From assembly GCA_951406725.2 (NCBI GenBank), contig OX597822.1:15314001-15378000 (forward strand): a stretch of DNA of 64,000 nt, read 5' to 3'. Under the pieces are notes generated by a model that did not search any database, was not told the DNA's origin, and saw only the letters and a program-made list of their open reading frames with translations. A program made the translations under genes and the position numbers. The stretch is from Octopus vulgaris (taxonomy: Eukaryota). Below are positions 1-15,735 of this stretch, in pieces. The first letter of the stretch is position 1; each line of letters opens with the position of its first letter.

Positions 1-112
1 TATATATATATATATATATATAGTAACCCCACCCCCCAAAAAAATACGAAGAACAAGCACGACATAGGAAAACAACATATTCTCTGCTACTCCATACATT
101 CCCCTTGTTCTT

Positions 113-1117
113 ATTATCCAAGAGTGTGCTATCATTTCGTATGCTTTGCGATAATCACCTCATACCATGTTCAGGTTTGTATGTCTACTCTTGCTATTCC
201 TGATAATTAGATTATCAATTAAGAGCCGATTCTTCGTTCCCCAGCTCCTTTTTCGGCACCCTTTCTGTTCAGTGGTTAGAATCCCACCTTTTTCCTGTTA
301 TCTGTACAATTCAACGGTCAAAGCCCCTGACATTAGTTTCCACATTGGCGGAAGGCAAGTTATTGTCCTAAAGTTGGATGCAAGAGTTTCTTTTTCAGAA
401 TCCTTTGTACATGACAATGTCTTTCCCTTTGTCATTCAGCTGGGTGCTGTGCCTTCCTGCCATCACTCATCTAGCTGTTTCGCTATCCTTTTATGAAGAA
501 CTCTCAGCTTCTTCATCCAATTAACTTGGAACCCATCCGGTCCTGGGCTATTCCAATTTGGGAATTATTTTCTTAACTGTTTTTTTTAATCATTTCTGTA
601 GTTATTCTTATGTCTTCTTGGACTTCTATGTTTCTTAACCTATCTTGGATTTCCAGCAGCACTCCGCTTCATCTTTATGCTCTCCGGGTTGGTCCCACAT
701 CCGTCTCCAGGATGCATTGGTTTCCTCTGCATCTGGTATCATTGTTAGGTGTAATTGCCCATCTAGTTTCTGAAACAGTTTCTTCTGATTTGTTTCAAAC
801 AATCTGTTTTGCCTGAACTGCTTTTTTCTATTGTCATATCTTTCCTGTTTTGCTTTGATTGCTGCTACTCTTTAATTCAATTCTTCCAATATCACATCAT
901 AACCTTTATCTCTTATTCTATATGTTCTTTCCTGCATTATTCTTATGCTTTCGTTCTGCAATTCCCTTCTTCTCAAACTATCAATTGGTCCTAAATGACA
1001 TTTTAACTTTATTTCTCGCAAATTCGTCTACGCCAGTACGGTTCTTTACATTCTGTTGGTTATTGTTTTTTATTGTATCCAACTCTATCAGCAGCAACCA
1101 GAGCAACCATAACTTCG
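113..1117 (-). mobile_element. R4/Dong-clade non-LTR retrotransposon fragment (degenerate RT and upstream region)
   Basis: Manual minus-strand translation across stops and frameshifts gives [52 protein letters not shown] and DYRKAYEMIAHSWII, typical R4/Dong RT motifs. The 5' end abuts the (TAA)n array. Confidence 0.85.
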
Positions 1118-1877
<760 letters not shown>

Positions 1878-1973
<96 letters not shown>

Positions 1974-1998
1974 TCATTATTATTATTATTATTATTAT
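1878..1998. repeat. (ATT)n microsatellite
   Basis: Directly visible. Confidence 0.97.
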
Positions 1999-2239
1999 TT
2001 TAGAAAAAAGATTGACGTAACTCTTCACAAAGGCAGACAGTCAAGACAAAGAGCGCGATTCAATTGTAATAGATATTTTGTTGTTTGAACGATATTACAA
2101 CAGTAAACTTTCTTTGTCAATTTCAGACATTTCTATTATGATTTCTGATGGAATTCACTTGACTCATGTTGTTGCACAATGAAGGAAGGTTTATCTGTCT
2201 TTGTGGTTGTTTTTCAAGGTACAGAAATGTTATGATTTA

Positions 2240-2780
2240 TACAGAAGTTGGGATATGTAAAGATTCCCATTTGGTGTACGCTGCAGAATGCACGAAGCAC
2301 AACTTAATTTATGTTTGTTGTACAACAGAACAATTAAACAAAATGTTACATGGACACAGATTCGACAACAGGCACAATAACAGTAGTTCGACTGAACTAG
2401 CCGATCGTTTCATTTCAAACGGCTACAACTATGAAGAAGACTCCAAAGTGCATATTCTCAGAAAATATTCTGAATCTACTTTACTTTCACTCCTCAAAAT
2501 GCATGAGGAGAAATATGCTTGCGGGTTATTAACATCGCGCCCTGGAGAAATGACTTAAATGACAGGAGAACGTCATCAAATTTATACAAAACTTTCTGAT
2601 TATATATTCTTCGTTTCGTTTTTCTTTTATTCTTTCCTCTTTTTTGTCTTTTTTCTGCCTTTTTCTTTTCACCTGTTATAAAATTGAACCTTAAAGACTA
2701 ACGGTATAATTCCATCAACGTGTGGACTCTGGTTGCTCTCGTTCATGATTTAAATTTAAATTTATATAATTTTCAATTTT
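2240..2780 (+). mobile_element. Penelope-like element 3' fragment (degenerate GIY-YIG endonuclease plus 3' UTR)
   Basis: ORF 2166-2558 contains CKDSHLVYAAECTKHNLIYVCCT..LHGHR..ELADRF..KVHIL..E...LLTSRPG, matching the PLE GIY-YIG layout. Confidence 0.7.
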
Positions 2781-2867
2781 TATCATTTCTTATTTTGAAG
2801 TTGACAAAGACAGACTTACTGTTGAAATATCGTTTAACCAATAAAATATATATTACATTAGAATTCT

Positions 2868-3237
2868 TCGTCTTTACCATTGTTGTTGTGATCCCCTTGG
2901 GTCATGAATGACCATGGGATTGCACCTAGAAAACTACCGTCCGAGGCACAAGTCTGGGCAAGGTTGTTTATGGAAGTCCAGCAGTCGCCCATACATACAA
3001 GCCAACCATCCGCACGCCACCGATGTTGTCCAAGGGCCGATACAGCTTGGCACCAGTGACGTCTCAGCTCATTTATTAACGTGCAAGTGGCTGAGCACTC
3101 CACAGACACGTGTACCCTTAACGTATTTCTCGGACATTCAGTGTGACACCGAGTGTAACAAGGCTGGCCCTTTGAAATACAGGTACAACAGAAACAGGAA
3201 GAAAGAGTGAGAGAAAGTTTTGGTGAATGAGTACAGC
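2868..3237 (-). mobile_element. Composite SINE fragments
   Basis: 3073-3237 closely matches the SINE body at 33738-33902; 2868-3062 is a different repeat-like segment. Confidence 0.7.
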
Positions 3238-3304
3238 TAGACGCGGTATCCCAATTTGATTTATAATTCTGTTGATGCTTTCTGACACTAATACCAATGA
3301 CCCA

Positions 3305-3548
3305 ACTATTATTATCATACCATTTCTCTCTCAGCATTTTGTACCTGCCGGTGTAATACCGATGCTGCTGCTCGCAACTAGTGGCACCTTCAATTTTTAA
3401 GCACTTTTCGAAGTACTGCAGTAGTTCCAGGAATATTGTTTTCTGTAAGTGTAATGCTGTCCCTGGAGTTTTTAATTCAGGTGCTCACAGCACCAAGCGC
3501 CCCAGCAACGACTTTGTCCGTTGTCCATATATTTCCACATATCTCCCA
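3305..3548 (-). mobile_element. Short R4/Dong 3'-end remnant
   Basis: Minus strand reads VVAGALGAVS..GTTAVLRKVL; the 3' UTR resembles that of the element at 23166. Confidence 0.6.

Positions 3549-3597
<49 letters not shown>
3549..3597. repeat. (TAC)n microsatellite
   Basis: Directly visible. Confidence 0.97.
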
Positions 3598-3598
<1 letters not shown>

Positions 3599-4457
3599 GT
3601 TTTAGTGTAGTAGTGTATGTGCGTGTGTATCTTGTGTGTGTGTGGGGGGAAGTACATTTATATAATCATATATAGATTTTAAACATATGAATCTTGCAAA
3701 ATATGCGCTTAAAATATCCAAGCTGAGCTGCAGTAACCGAGTATTAAAACGCCTCCAGAGAAGATATTTTATCGATACGTTCCATAGAATTTGTTTCCTT
3801 ATGGGGCCATAAAGATTTCTCATGTTTTTAATACTTTGTAACAGGCAAATTAAACATAATTTCTGTTCACAAAATACGCTTGTTGCTTTGTTTATTGGAA
3901 AATCGTATCTCTTCGTATTCATAATAATTTTTATTAAATATTTTTGATGAAGTTAATATATATGTATAGTTTAAAATCTCCATAACGCCAGTATTATTTC
4001 GTTTATAATGCTTCTATAACCTGGACGGGCATCGTTCAAGACTGCATCAAAAATATGTCAATAGCTGTAGCCTGTGATACAAAAGAAATATATTTCCATC
4101 TATCTCTCGCCTACTGACAGCACCTTTTTTAATATTCAATAAAATTTTGTGTAATCAACCCTTAATTTAAATGTATAATTAAATTACGAATTGAGGCCTT
4201 TTCACCCAAAGCTGGAAGCCATTAGGTTTCTAAATCATATTCTCTTTGGTCGAATATAATCTGTAAGAATATAGGAGTAGAAGTTTAGTGCCTGATACTG
4301 TATTTGAACAAAACATTGGCAAAATCAGGGCAAACCAGCGTGTTACGTCTCTTTACATTCAGGCTTCAAAACCGCCTTTTTGAACAGCTAATACTTACTA
4401 CCATTGGCTGACCAATGGATCATGAGTGAGTTTGTTAGATGGAAACTCCATGAAAGC

Positions 4458-4509
<52 letters not shown>

Positions 4510-4591
4510 TTCAGATGAATGTGGTACTTCAGTTAAAGGCACCAGAATTAAGTATGATATTATCCATATAATTCAAAATTGGGTGATTAAA

Positions 4592-4800
4592 ATCAAAATA
4601 AGCAACAAGGATATCCAGAGACAATGTAGTACGATCGTTTCATGCGACTCCATTTAATTGAACAATGGAAACATTGCATCAATTTAAAATGAAGATTGCT
4701 CTATATTTTAAATTGACGTAATATTTGCATTGTCAATTAAATGGAGTCGCATGAAACGATCGTACTCATTACCTCTGGATATCCTTTTGCTTATTTTGAT
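4592..4800. repeat. Inverted repeat (~70-bp close-matching arms) carrying the 3' half of a hammerhead motif, between TA arrays
   Basis: atcaaaataagcaa..gtacgatcgtttcatgcgactccatttaattga is mirrored at 4733-4800; contains GAAAC-GATC-GTA. Confidence 0.85.
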
Positions 4801-4847
4801 ATATATATGTATATATATATATGAATGTGTGTCTGTGAGAATGTGTA

Positions 4848-4895
<48 letters not shown>

Positions 4896-5875
4896 GTCAC
4901 TTATGTATGTGTCTTTGTGTTTGTCTTCCTCCCTGTCATATGGCAATTGGTGTTTCTTTTTATATTTACGTCCCTCTTGCTTTACAGAATGGCCAAGAAA
5001 ACGACAGCATACGCATGAGACTTGAAAAGTACTTCTGCGGACGATTTGTTCTTCTAAACCCTTCAAAGCGGTGCTCTGCATGGTCGCAGTCCAATGAATG
5101 AAACAAGTAAAACAAGAAAAAAGAAGATAGACCAACGAAATAGGTATATCTACGTACGTCTGTATTACAAGTGTTTCAGTTTAAACATCTACTGGCAAGG
5201 AAGCGTATATATTTCAGCCGGTCAGGAAATCTATTTTAAAGAGAACGAAATGATAGAATCAGTATTATGATAATGTTAGAATTCGCCTGATGCAGAAGTT
5301 AGGAATAATGATCTGGCGATCGTCGATACCAATTCATAGGCCGGAACGCGCGTGATTGTTGTGTTCAAGATGATTCTTAAATTATTTGATAGTCATAATT
5401 TTAGCGCTACCTTTTATCTTGTTCTCAAAATGTTGGTATTCTACGAGGACATCTAAATTACGTTTTGGTTAAATATTATTATTTCATATTGAATCGTTAA
5501 TTACCAATAACCATGAGAGGTTTTAATTAATTCTGAAGTTTTGAAATTCGTTTTGGCCCCTTCTTCTCTTGGGTAAAACTCTCTCAACTTCTATTCTCAT
5601 GATGTTATTTTTCTTCCTCTCACCGACTTTCCTCTTATTATTACAAATTCATTTTTAATCATTCTTAATTCTGTACAATGTTATGCACGCGATTGGAAAA
5701 TGGTAATTTGAGACAGTTCTACACACCCACATACACATCACACTCAATCAACACTCACGCACACAAACACACACATCAATGCATACATACATACATATGT
5801 GTGTGTTTGTATTACTAAGATAGAACATATAATAGAATTTCGTGTAGTAAAATGGTTTCCTGAAACGTATTATTT

Positions 5876-6048
5876 AGGCGTAGGCATGGGTGCATGGCTG
5901 CATGGATAGGACGTTCAGTGTTCAACCAAGTGGTTTGGAGTCTGTCCTACTACGCGGCACTTTGGTCAGGTGTCTTCTATTAAAGCGCCGGGTTGATAAA
6001 TACACTGTGAGTGAATTTGGGTGGATGACAGAAACTGTGGACGCACGT
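5876..6048 (+). mobile_element. Degenerate tRNA-derived SINE 5' half
   Basis: Similar to the SINE head and body at 60495-60642 (gtgtcttcta, gtgagtgaattt, gaaactg). Confidence 0.65.
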
Positions 6049-6070
6049 TCTCTCTACATACATACATAAT

Positions 6071-6375
6071 GGAGAAGGCTCGTGACTTAGTGGTTAGGAT
6101 GTCTGGCTTACGAACGTAAAGCTGTGAGTTCAATTCCTGGCGACACCTTGTGTCTTCGCGCAAGACATTTTATTTCAGATGGCAAAAATGAGTTGTACCT
6201 ATATTTTTAAGACCTAGCCTTGTCAGATTCTGTGTGATGCTGAATCTCCTTGACAAGTACATAAAAGGTACACGTGTTTGGGAAATGGTCAACTACTTAC
6301 TCGTTAATTTCCCGAGCAGGCTGTTCCTTTGATTGGATCAACTGGAACCCTCTTCGTCGTAACCGACGGAGTGCC
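6071..6375 (+). mobile_element. tRNA-derived SINE
   Basis: A-box-like tgacttagtggtt and B-box-like gagttcaattcc; its tail (ggatcaactggaaccctc..accgacggagtgcc) is shared with the SINE at 33671. Confidence 0.85.
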
Positions 6376-6663
6376 TGTGTGTGTGTGGGGCGGTGTAAAA
6401 ATTGAAGTGAATAGAAAAATGTCACGAATGTCTGTGTTCACTATCTTTTAACTCTCTCTTTTCTACATTATTAGTATTGTTCTTTATCCTCCTCTAACTG
6501 TTTATAGGAATTCTGGTTACTATGAATAAAAGTTTCCTACAGAAGTAAATGTATTATTTGATTCTCTGTCTGAAGAATTTCTCTTTCCCGTACAATTTTG
6601 CGACATCTCCCATAAAACAAGTAATTAAGTAATTAATGTCAAAAGTTTCCAATCTCCTATTTT

Positions 6664-6700
<37 letters not shown>

Positions 6701-7967
6701 ACTCTTAATGACGGGTAAAATTAAAGGATAAGAGAAAAAAATATGAGGTAAACCATATATAAATCCGCTTTCAATTGCAGCGTAATGTGTTCATAAAGGG
6801 ATCCGTCTTCATATTCATCGTTTTCATTAACTGAAATATAATATTTCTTTCATACCTCATGCTTTAAATGCAAAAATAAACTTGTAATTGTAATCTAAAA
6901 TAGAGAGAAAATATAATTTCTCCCAAAACAAATTTTACAACTTCTCGAAAAGGAGACATGCAAAACGTCAGATAGAGAGAAAAAATGAGAGCGAACGGGG
7001 AAGAAAGAATGAGCGAAAAACAGAGTGGGAGAGATATACAAATCGCTCTGCCAATAAACCCAAGCGAACTTAATAGTTCCAGAAATTAAACATTTAACTT
7101 CTTATCTAAAATATTCCTAACTCGTTAATCCAAAGAATAATTTGAAATTTTATTTAAATCGTTACTTGCCACGCCACATATGCTTAAACATTGACCTCGC
7201 ATTATTGGATAAAATATGATGTTTATAATCCTTTTAAATGAATTTTATGTTTTAACTCTATAAAAACATCGCTTTATGTTTTAGCTTTCGTGTAACGATA
7301 CAAATTTATTTTATTACGGTAAAACAACGCTTTCAAATTAAACTGCGTTTGCACCTGATATCATTTATTTCAGTTTTAATACTATAACAGAATTGTGAAA
7401 ATAAAAATTAATAGAGAAATAAATGTTATTAATTTCTCCAAGAACGTTGACGGATATTTCGAGCGAATAAATATCTGAAAAAAGTTGTTCAAATCTAACG
7501 AGTACAATGCTATTGAAATGTTAAAATCCGTTTCAATGTTCGGTGGACGATTAATTAAAAATTCCAAGGACATTGCATCCATTGGAAATGTGGTGTTATT
7601 CACGTTAAACATGGTGGCTTAAAGTCAAATGATTACTCATTATGAAAGTTAATTAAACAACCAACATAAGAACAAAGTGCGCACTCTAAGAATGCATATA
7701 TTTTTCTGTTCATACTTACATGCGAAAACCTAGTCACAAATAAAAGCCAACACACGCACTGCATTTTGCTTTCGTTCGTATAACCGAGCGCAGAAACGCG
7801 ACGGAGTTAAAACAGTGATGGAAAGATTCACCGACATATAACTGACTGTAATGTATACATCCCTTATATAAAACTAGTCGTGTTAACCTCATGAATGAAT
7901 GGTTTCATCCAAGCATAAACTGGTTGAATACTAAATATTTTGTGGGAATTAATTTCCTTAAAATAAT

Positions 7968-8024
<57 letters not shown>

Positions 8025-8621
8025 GCTTATATTCATATAAAAGAAGAAAACGGGGAATGGGAAGTTAATAATTGTTTATTAACAACGACTCAATCATCAT
8101 CAATTTCAGATGCTTCAGTTAATTCTTAGTGAATCTAATTAAATTCATATGCCCTGAGCATAATATCTTCAGGGGGATAAAATATCCCCTTGGATGTTTT
8201 ATATGCGTTTATAGCAGAATGAATGATAATGTTTATAGTTTGTATTTTTATGTGTTCGGGGGAAGGGTTTGCAGGTTGACTTGGACATAAGATAGAATAA
8301 GTAAATAGAATTAGAGTGATAAAAGAATAAATTAAATAACGGTGATGGCGGAAATTTAAATAGAAATAAGGTAAGAATGAAATATTTATTTGTAAGGTAT
8401 AAAGATAAGAAAATTGATATACATGAAAGTACGTACAAGCATATATGCATCCGTACGTCCATTGAGATGCACAGAGAGACACACATATACTTACACATAA
8501 ACATACATCCAAACGCACATATCGGCGCATATACGCATATATGCACACACATACGCACACGCACCTATATGCGTAAACACATTAATGCCTATGCACACTC
8601 ACACACACACATCTAGGTGTG

Positions 8622-8690
<69 letters not shown>

Positions 8691-8758
8691 AAAGAGGACA
8701 ACAAACGTTAAGGCAAAGCAAACATCTCAAGTCATATATTATTAGTGGAAAAAATTCA

Positions 8759-8814
8759 GTCTTACAGCTGTTTCTGGGATATACCAGAGTATGTAACATC
8801 CCGTCATCAGAGAC
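8759..8814 (-). ncRNA. Type I hammerhead ribozyme motif (C3-G8 core)
   Basis: Minus strand: gtct-CTGATGA-c-gggat..atccc-a-GAAAC-agct-GTA-agac. Stem I gtct/agac, palindromic stem III, C-A mismatch at the base of stem II; ~70 nt from (TA)n at 8625-8686. Confidence 0.85.
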
Positions 8815-9261
8815 AAATAGGGAAAATGAGAAGGGTCTACATTAATGAAATGACGACATAGAGGACAGAACTAAAGGATTAAGGATATGAAGAGAGAATA
8901 AAAAGACAATTTCGTAAATAATGTGTTTCCGTAAATTTGTTCTTATATGATGGCTACGTCACTTTAGTGTAAAATGCTCTTCAATGTAAAATTGTTTGTC
9001 GTATGGAGATAGGTTTGTAGGTTGGTACGCCGTACATTTGTGTCTATTATTGTATGTTTTACTTGCAGGCTATCACAGGGTATAGACTGGTTAGTGTTGA
9101 ATTGGTATTTCATATTTTCACAGATTATGTTGCTGTTTAAATAACGGAAGCTACCGACAAATGATTTAAGTTGAAGAAAACGTCTTTTTTACGTATATAT
9201 CATTCCATACAGTTTAAGATATCACATTTAATCCAGTGAAGGCAACATCATTTTAATTTCT

Positions 9262-9327
<66 letters not shown>

Positions 9328-10231
9328 GCAATTGTTCATTTAGGTTTAGAATAATTATGTACAGTTTTTATCCTACACGTGTACGTAATATGCACATACA
9401 AGCATAACACACACTTATACAATACTAGCATTATTGAAAAGTAAAAATTTGGCATTATGTAGCTTGTTATTCTCTTTAAGTGAACATTTTTCTGGTTGAA
9501 ATACACTGAAAAAATGGCGACACAGCAGTAAAAAAATCGCAAAAAATAGAGGTTTTCATAGAAAAAAAGTACCTTTTTGATGTAAATAATTTTTGGTCTT
9601 AACATGGTCCAATTTGAATTTCACCTTCTACGGAATGAAGAGCAAGCTTTCTTCTATCATACTCTCAATTTTTGTCAACTTGCGCCGCAGGTTCTCGGAG
9701 GAGATAGGGTTAGTTGAAGGCTACCAAACCTTCAGCTTTATATATAGAGATTTATGCATACATATATGTATATCTACATTATCCCATATATACGAATATA
9801 TACTCGCAAATGTATCTATATGCACATACAAATTATGTCTGTGCGTATACGGCCTCCATCTCAAAACGTTGAAGTTCTCTAACCTCCACATTTGTATTTT
9901 AATGATGTAGGCCTTTCTTTTCGAAAAGGCTTCATTTCAGTAGATGAATATTGCTGACGCTTCGCCCCACTGCAGTTCACCGTGAATATACAGCTTATTG
10001 AAAACGTTCCGAATATAATGATCCTATTGCTTTTAAACGTACACTGTAATTCTGTAGATGTTTTGCCATTTGCGCTTCTTTGTTCTCTTGAAAACATGTC
10101 TGGACTTTATAGAAAATTGTTTGTTATCTCTAGCATGTGGATAGCCATGAGCCTTTTCTTCTTCGGCTTATTTCTTTAGATATACGCAGCGGTATATACA
10201 TGCATTGACGGAATATGTGTGAAAGACAGTT

Positions 10232-10630
10232 ATATATTGGCTGTGTAGTTAATAATTATGCTTGACAACCATATCGTTTCGTGTTCGCGTCCAATTGAGC
10301 AAGTATCTTCTACTGTAATCTCTTGGGCTGTCTCATGTCTTATGAGGCATCTGATGGAAAGAAACCCTGTGAAAGCCCATTGGATATATCTGTTTATATA
10401 CAGATAAATGTGCGCGCACGTGTGTGTGTGTGTGTGTATGTTTGAGATTGTTTCCCACCACCTCTTGTCAACTGATGCAATGTTTTTTTATGCATTATTC
10501 AGCATAAAATCCCGATTGAATAAGGAACTTTAAAATAATCAGTACGAGGATCAATTTGTTTTACGAAATCCTTCAAGGGAACGTCCGAGCATGCTTGAGG
10601 TTCAATGACCGAAACAGTAAAACTAAAAGA
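10232..10630 (+). mobile_element. Degenerate SINE with internal (TG)n and a LINE-type tail
   Basis: Colinear with the head and tail of the SINE at 60495-61455. Confidence 0.7.
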
Positions 10631-11393
10631 CAAAATATATACCCACACACAGACATAAGCGCGTATTCGAGTGTGATATATATGTGTGCGCAACTTATTT
10701 ATAGGAAATACGCAATTATGGAAGAGAAATTCAGTAAAGCGAATTCAAACGAAATGTTTTTGATACTCAATTAAAATAGACAACATCTCTAAAAATCACC
10801 TTCTGAAATAGAATGAGTAAATGATTGATATCTTGCGAAAGTGTAACCAATGTGCTAGTTTTATAAGTTCGTCATAAATGAACCAAAAATATTTTCACGT
10901 AAAACACTGTGGAGAAATATTTTAATATTGCTTTTACCTGAGTTAATATTTACAGCAGTTGGGTGGTTTATGTTGTATACACAATCATGGAGAATTGTCA
11001 ATAACAGCAGACGATATGTCTGTTTATTGAATGGATGGTGAAGCGAACAAGAGAGATGGAGCTGAAACGATACAACATTTCATGGTGATTTTCTTTCTTA
11101 TCCAATCATTTCAAGCCGTGTTTTCACTGTTATGCCATAAAAAGAAAGTTCGCACTAAAAGAATTCACAATGTTTTTCACATGTTTGATATCAAGACATA
11201 CTTTCAACGTCAGAAGTAAAAATGGTAATAAAAGACAAAAATAATTGGAAACCAAAACGAACAGTGATTATATAGTATAAACAAACACCCACCCACACAC
11301 ATATATGTATACACACATGCATATACTTGCGAATACACACATACGCACGCGGGCACATACATTCATATATATCAATATCTATCTATCTATCTA

Positions 11394-11441
<48 letters not shown>

Positions 11442-11753
11442 AAATTAAATAATATTTGTTGTAAAGATTGATAAGAAAAATATCAGGCTCATAAATAGCT
11501 CTCACAATAAATAGTAAACGCATAGGTGCGCCAAACGAGTACAAAACGTGAGAGGTCTGACTATATTGATAATCTCTATTTACATCTATAATTGTTAGCA
11601 TCCTCAACCAGATAATAGTAACCAGTTCATCACAGTCATTCATTGCTTAGGAGTAATATAATCTTAAGTTATTTCAATATTATTTATTTTATGAATGGGC
11701 TTAAATATTAGCATTCAGTCAATCGTTATTCTATATGCGTGTGAGTGTGATTA

Positions 11754-11792
<39 letters not shown>

Positions 11793-11984
11793 CCCCAAGG
11801 AAATCATCAGGCGTGCAAATTATATATATATATTTTTTCTCTCTCCTTGTTTTTTCTGTGTCCCTTTCTGTAGAAGAGCGAAGAAGGAACGTAAAAAACT
11901 TTTCTATTTCTGAGCGTTATACTAATACATCTGTATGTTTTGTACACCACCTGTCTTCGTCTTTTCTTTTTTCGTTAATCCTCC

Positions 11985-12078
<94 letters not shown>

Positions 12079-12080
12079 GT

Positions 12081-12151
<71 letters not shown>

Positions 12152-12154
12152 TAT

Positions 12155-13440
12155 AGCAAAATTTTGGAACTAAAAACAAATAATATAGAATTCAACCTAA
12201 AATGCTATATAGTAAGAAGAGCGCAACCTTATAGAGATAGTACGGATGGTTGTCAACTTTGTTCTGTGGAAACTTATGAAATTTTGAAACATCAGAGTAA
12301 TACAAATCTGTTGAATAATCGTTTGGAGCTGGGAGTGTCTTGTATACATCGTACGACCCGAACGTTTAAATACTTTAAATAATAATTTTGTGAATATTCC
12401 TATATTTTTCAAATTTCAATTATTTATAACCAAATAAGAAGGAATATACCATACTGGCTTCCAATTTAACATTCATAGATGACTAAAAAAACTTCACTGC
12501 AAACTTAAAATTGAATTCTTCTTTTTTCTAAAATTAAACTGTATGAATCTAAATAGTTGGAATCCTAAATAGTAGGAATACTAAATAGTATGAATCCTGT
12601 GTCCCCAAAGAAACTATTCAGTTCGCCTTGATTACCACACTTCCATTTCTTAATATATAATTAGTCTAAGATATCTTTACAAAATATATTTAACCAAATA
12701 GGAACGAATATACCATACTGGTTTTAGTTTAACACCCATAAATGATTAAAAAACTTCATTGCAAACTTAGAATTAAATTCTTCTTTTTTATAATGTTCTC
12801 CAATCCTAAGTAGTATTAATCCTATGTCCCTAGGGAAACTATTTGGTTCATCTTGATTATCTCACTCCCATTTCTTAATATATAATTAACCTAAGATATT
12901 TTTACCTAACTAATTAACTTGTATCCGCAGGTAGTAAATTTTATTTCCAATAGATCCTATATTTTGATTCATATTAATCAACTCACTATCCATGAAATTT
13001 GAATAATTTACTCTTCTAAATTACCTCTCTTCATATTATAAAATATTACCTTCCACTAAACCTATGAATATCTTCCTTCTTTGATTTTCCCTCTTCCATC
13101 TTTCTTAGTATATATTTTGACCACTAATATGTTCACTTGATTAATAAGTCCCCCCCCCAGTTAATAAGTACTATGCCTACTCATAATAAGTGATAGTCTC
13201 TTTCTCCAAATTTGAATAAATTTTAGATTTATATTTTTTCCTTTATTCTAACATGTCAAAGTACTTGGAACTTATAGACCAACTGATGATATGCATAGGG
13301 TTTGTAAGGTCTCTGCACTCTCTGTGAATGTTATTGTGACCATCTGACTTTGACCTAGTTCTAATGCAGAATCTGTTAATCAAATAGTAGTAATTGGCAT
13401 TTGGTTGTGACTGCTGTCTTCTACATAAATTCCTTATATG
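12155..13440 (+). mobile_element. Penelope-like element 3' fragment after a (TA)n array; the 3' UTR contains a ~265-bp tandem duplication
   Basis: [45 protein letters not shown] resembles PLE GIY-YIG C-termini; 12428-12680 is repeated at 12691-12905. The right boundary is uncertain. Confidence 0.7.
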
Positions 13441-13469
13441 GAGCTATGACATCCCCTTTACCCCATTTC

Positions 13470-13934
13470 TATAATTAGAAAATCTTTATTGTCTCCTTTC
13501 ATTTGTTCTTCCCTCTCAGAACCATACAGTAGTCTGGAACAACTGAATCTTAGTCAGTCAGTTGATGGGCTCCACTACCTCAAATGTTCTTAAAATTTAA
13601 ATCCACATCTTTGTCTATGTATCTACCTTCTCTATAATGTTGCCACTTGATATGAAAATTTTTGTATTAGTGGAAAACCTTTATAATTGGCTGATGAGTG
13701 TTCAGATTTCCCAAAGAATTTCAGTTCATCCATAAACAGAACATGGTTCAATGATGGAGCTTTCTTTCCAGATCGGTAAACCTCTTTAACTTTCCTAAGT
13801 ATCATTTTTATGGGTTTTAGTGCAATTGCAAAAGATAACGGAGAAACGAGTCACCTTGGAAGATCCCTTTTTTAATATTAACTCTCGTTTGGTAATAATT
13901 ATGACTATGGAAGAACTCGTTTTCTGTCGCAGGA

Positions 13935-13935
<1 letters not shown>
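13470..13935 (-). mobile_element. R4/Dong RT fragment abutting (TAA)n
   Basis: IKKGIFQGDS and LNHVLFMDELK RT motifs on the minus strand. Confidence 0.85.
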
Positions 13936-14020
<85 letters not shown>

Positions 14021-14051
14021 CATTATCATTATCATTCTTCTTCTTCTTCTT

Positions 14052-14125
<74 letters not shown>

Positions 14126-14136
14126 CATTATTATTA

Positions 14137-14218
<82 letters not shown>
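13936..14218. repeat. Compound (ATT)n/(ATCATT)n/(TTC)n microsatellite
   Basis: Directly visible. Confidence 0.97.
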
Positions 14219-15442
14219 CTCTTTTTTTGCGGATATGTGCGAAGATGCAACGTTAGTTTTGTACTGAAGGTTTTTATAATTATTCCAGTCACACTGAGAA
14301 GTAATTTCAGATTTGTGTCGTCTTTCGTTTTTTCATAAACTGTAAAGTGTTACGCAGTCAGCCAATAATAACGCATATTTCTACTAGTAAACGTCAAGTC
14401 TAGCGAAGCGTGCATATATGACGAACATAGAACCTAAAGTAACGTGAATCTCTCAAAGAATCATGTGACAGTTTTACTAAGAAACTCATACTGAATAGCT
14501 TAGTTTCGTGATGGAATCAGCGGATAACAATGTCACCTTATTCTTCCTTCATAACACTTCTGAGGACCAAAACATATTTGAAATTGGTGTGTTGCCTCGG
14601 GGAAAGTATAAGGAAGTTTCACATTTTGTAATGATTTTAATATGAATATATTTCAAGTATACACACGTATACGCAGACCTGCACACCTATTTTTACATTT
14701 ACACATCAGCAATTTGTGTGAATCTGTATTTTGAATAAACTATCGTAATGCTCAATATGTGTGGGTTAAATTGAATTGAACATATAATTCCTTCCAGTTT
14801 TGAAACGATTTATTTCAATAAGGGATTTGTGTTGTTATAGGAAAGTAGAGAGTTATAATAGTTAGCCGCAGGGAAGATTTTGCTGTGCAGTTCTCGTAAT
14901 ATACGCTTTGCAATTCATTTAAGTGTTCCATTCTCTGTTCTTGCCTCTACAACCATTTTATGAAAGTGCTATCATTACGTAATCAGGAAGTAAATGCATG
15001 TATTAAAATGAAATGAAATTAGTTAATGATGGGTGAAGCAATGGCAGTGAAATTAAGAGTTTCGCTTCACAACTGAGGGCTCCATATTCAATCGCTTTGC
15101 TGCTTATGGATCGTAAGAGGGAGTAGGTAGTCAGAGATGATGCAGGTCTAATGTCATGCACTTTTTATCGAGTGGTGGAATTAACGCGTCTTCCTATTTA
15201 ACACTAGTAGATTTTGTTTACTTTTTACTGGGATATTTGCCCGCCTAACGATTCATATCAGGTTACCAGTCAGAAGATAGACTTATTTGTAGCATTGCGC
15301 TATTGTTCCCAATAGATTCTATATCGTATGTCTCTGTGTAGTTGCAAATAAAACATACACCTTCTACCTTGCTGATGCGCATACATAACAAAGAAACAAC
15401 TCAAAAATGTATTTTTGCATCCGCTAAATATAATCGAGTAAA

Positions 15443-15735
15443 GGCACATGGCCTAATGGTTAGAGCAGCGGTCGAGGGATCGCGGGTTCGAATCTCAGAC
15501 CGGGCGATGTGTGTGTTTATGAGCGAACCACCTAAGCTCCACGCGGCTCCGGCAGAAGGTAATGACGAACTTCTGGTTACTCTTTCGTCACAACTCTCTC
15601 TCACTCTTTCCTCATGCATCGTGCAGCTCACCTGCGACCGACCGGCGTACAGTCCTGCTGGGGAAGCTATACGCCAAGGAAACCGGGAAACCGGCCCTTA
15701 TGATCCAGGTATGGCTCGAGAAGGAACAAACAAAA
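15443..15735 (+). mobile_element. tRNA-derived SINE
   Basis: A box tggcctaatggtt, B box ggttcgaatct; body shared with the SINE at 33671-34048; A-rich end. Confidence 0.85.

Noticed and set aside
8095-8180. Minus-strand CTGAAGA...GAAA with a partial long stem
   Set aside because: Stem I and the NUH triplet could not be built.
13278-13380. CTGATGA in the PLE 3' region as a hammerhead
   Set aside because: No convincing GAAA, stem III or stem I partner found.
15443-15520. tRNA-like sequences (also 25687, 33975, 45085)
   Set aside because: They lack a full cloverleaf and continue into SINE bodies, so they are SINE heads.
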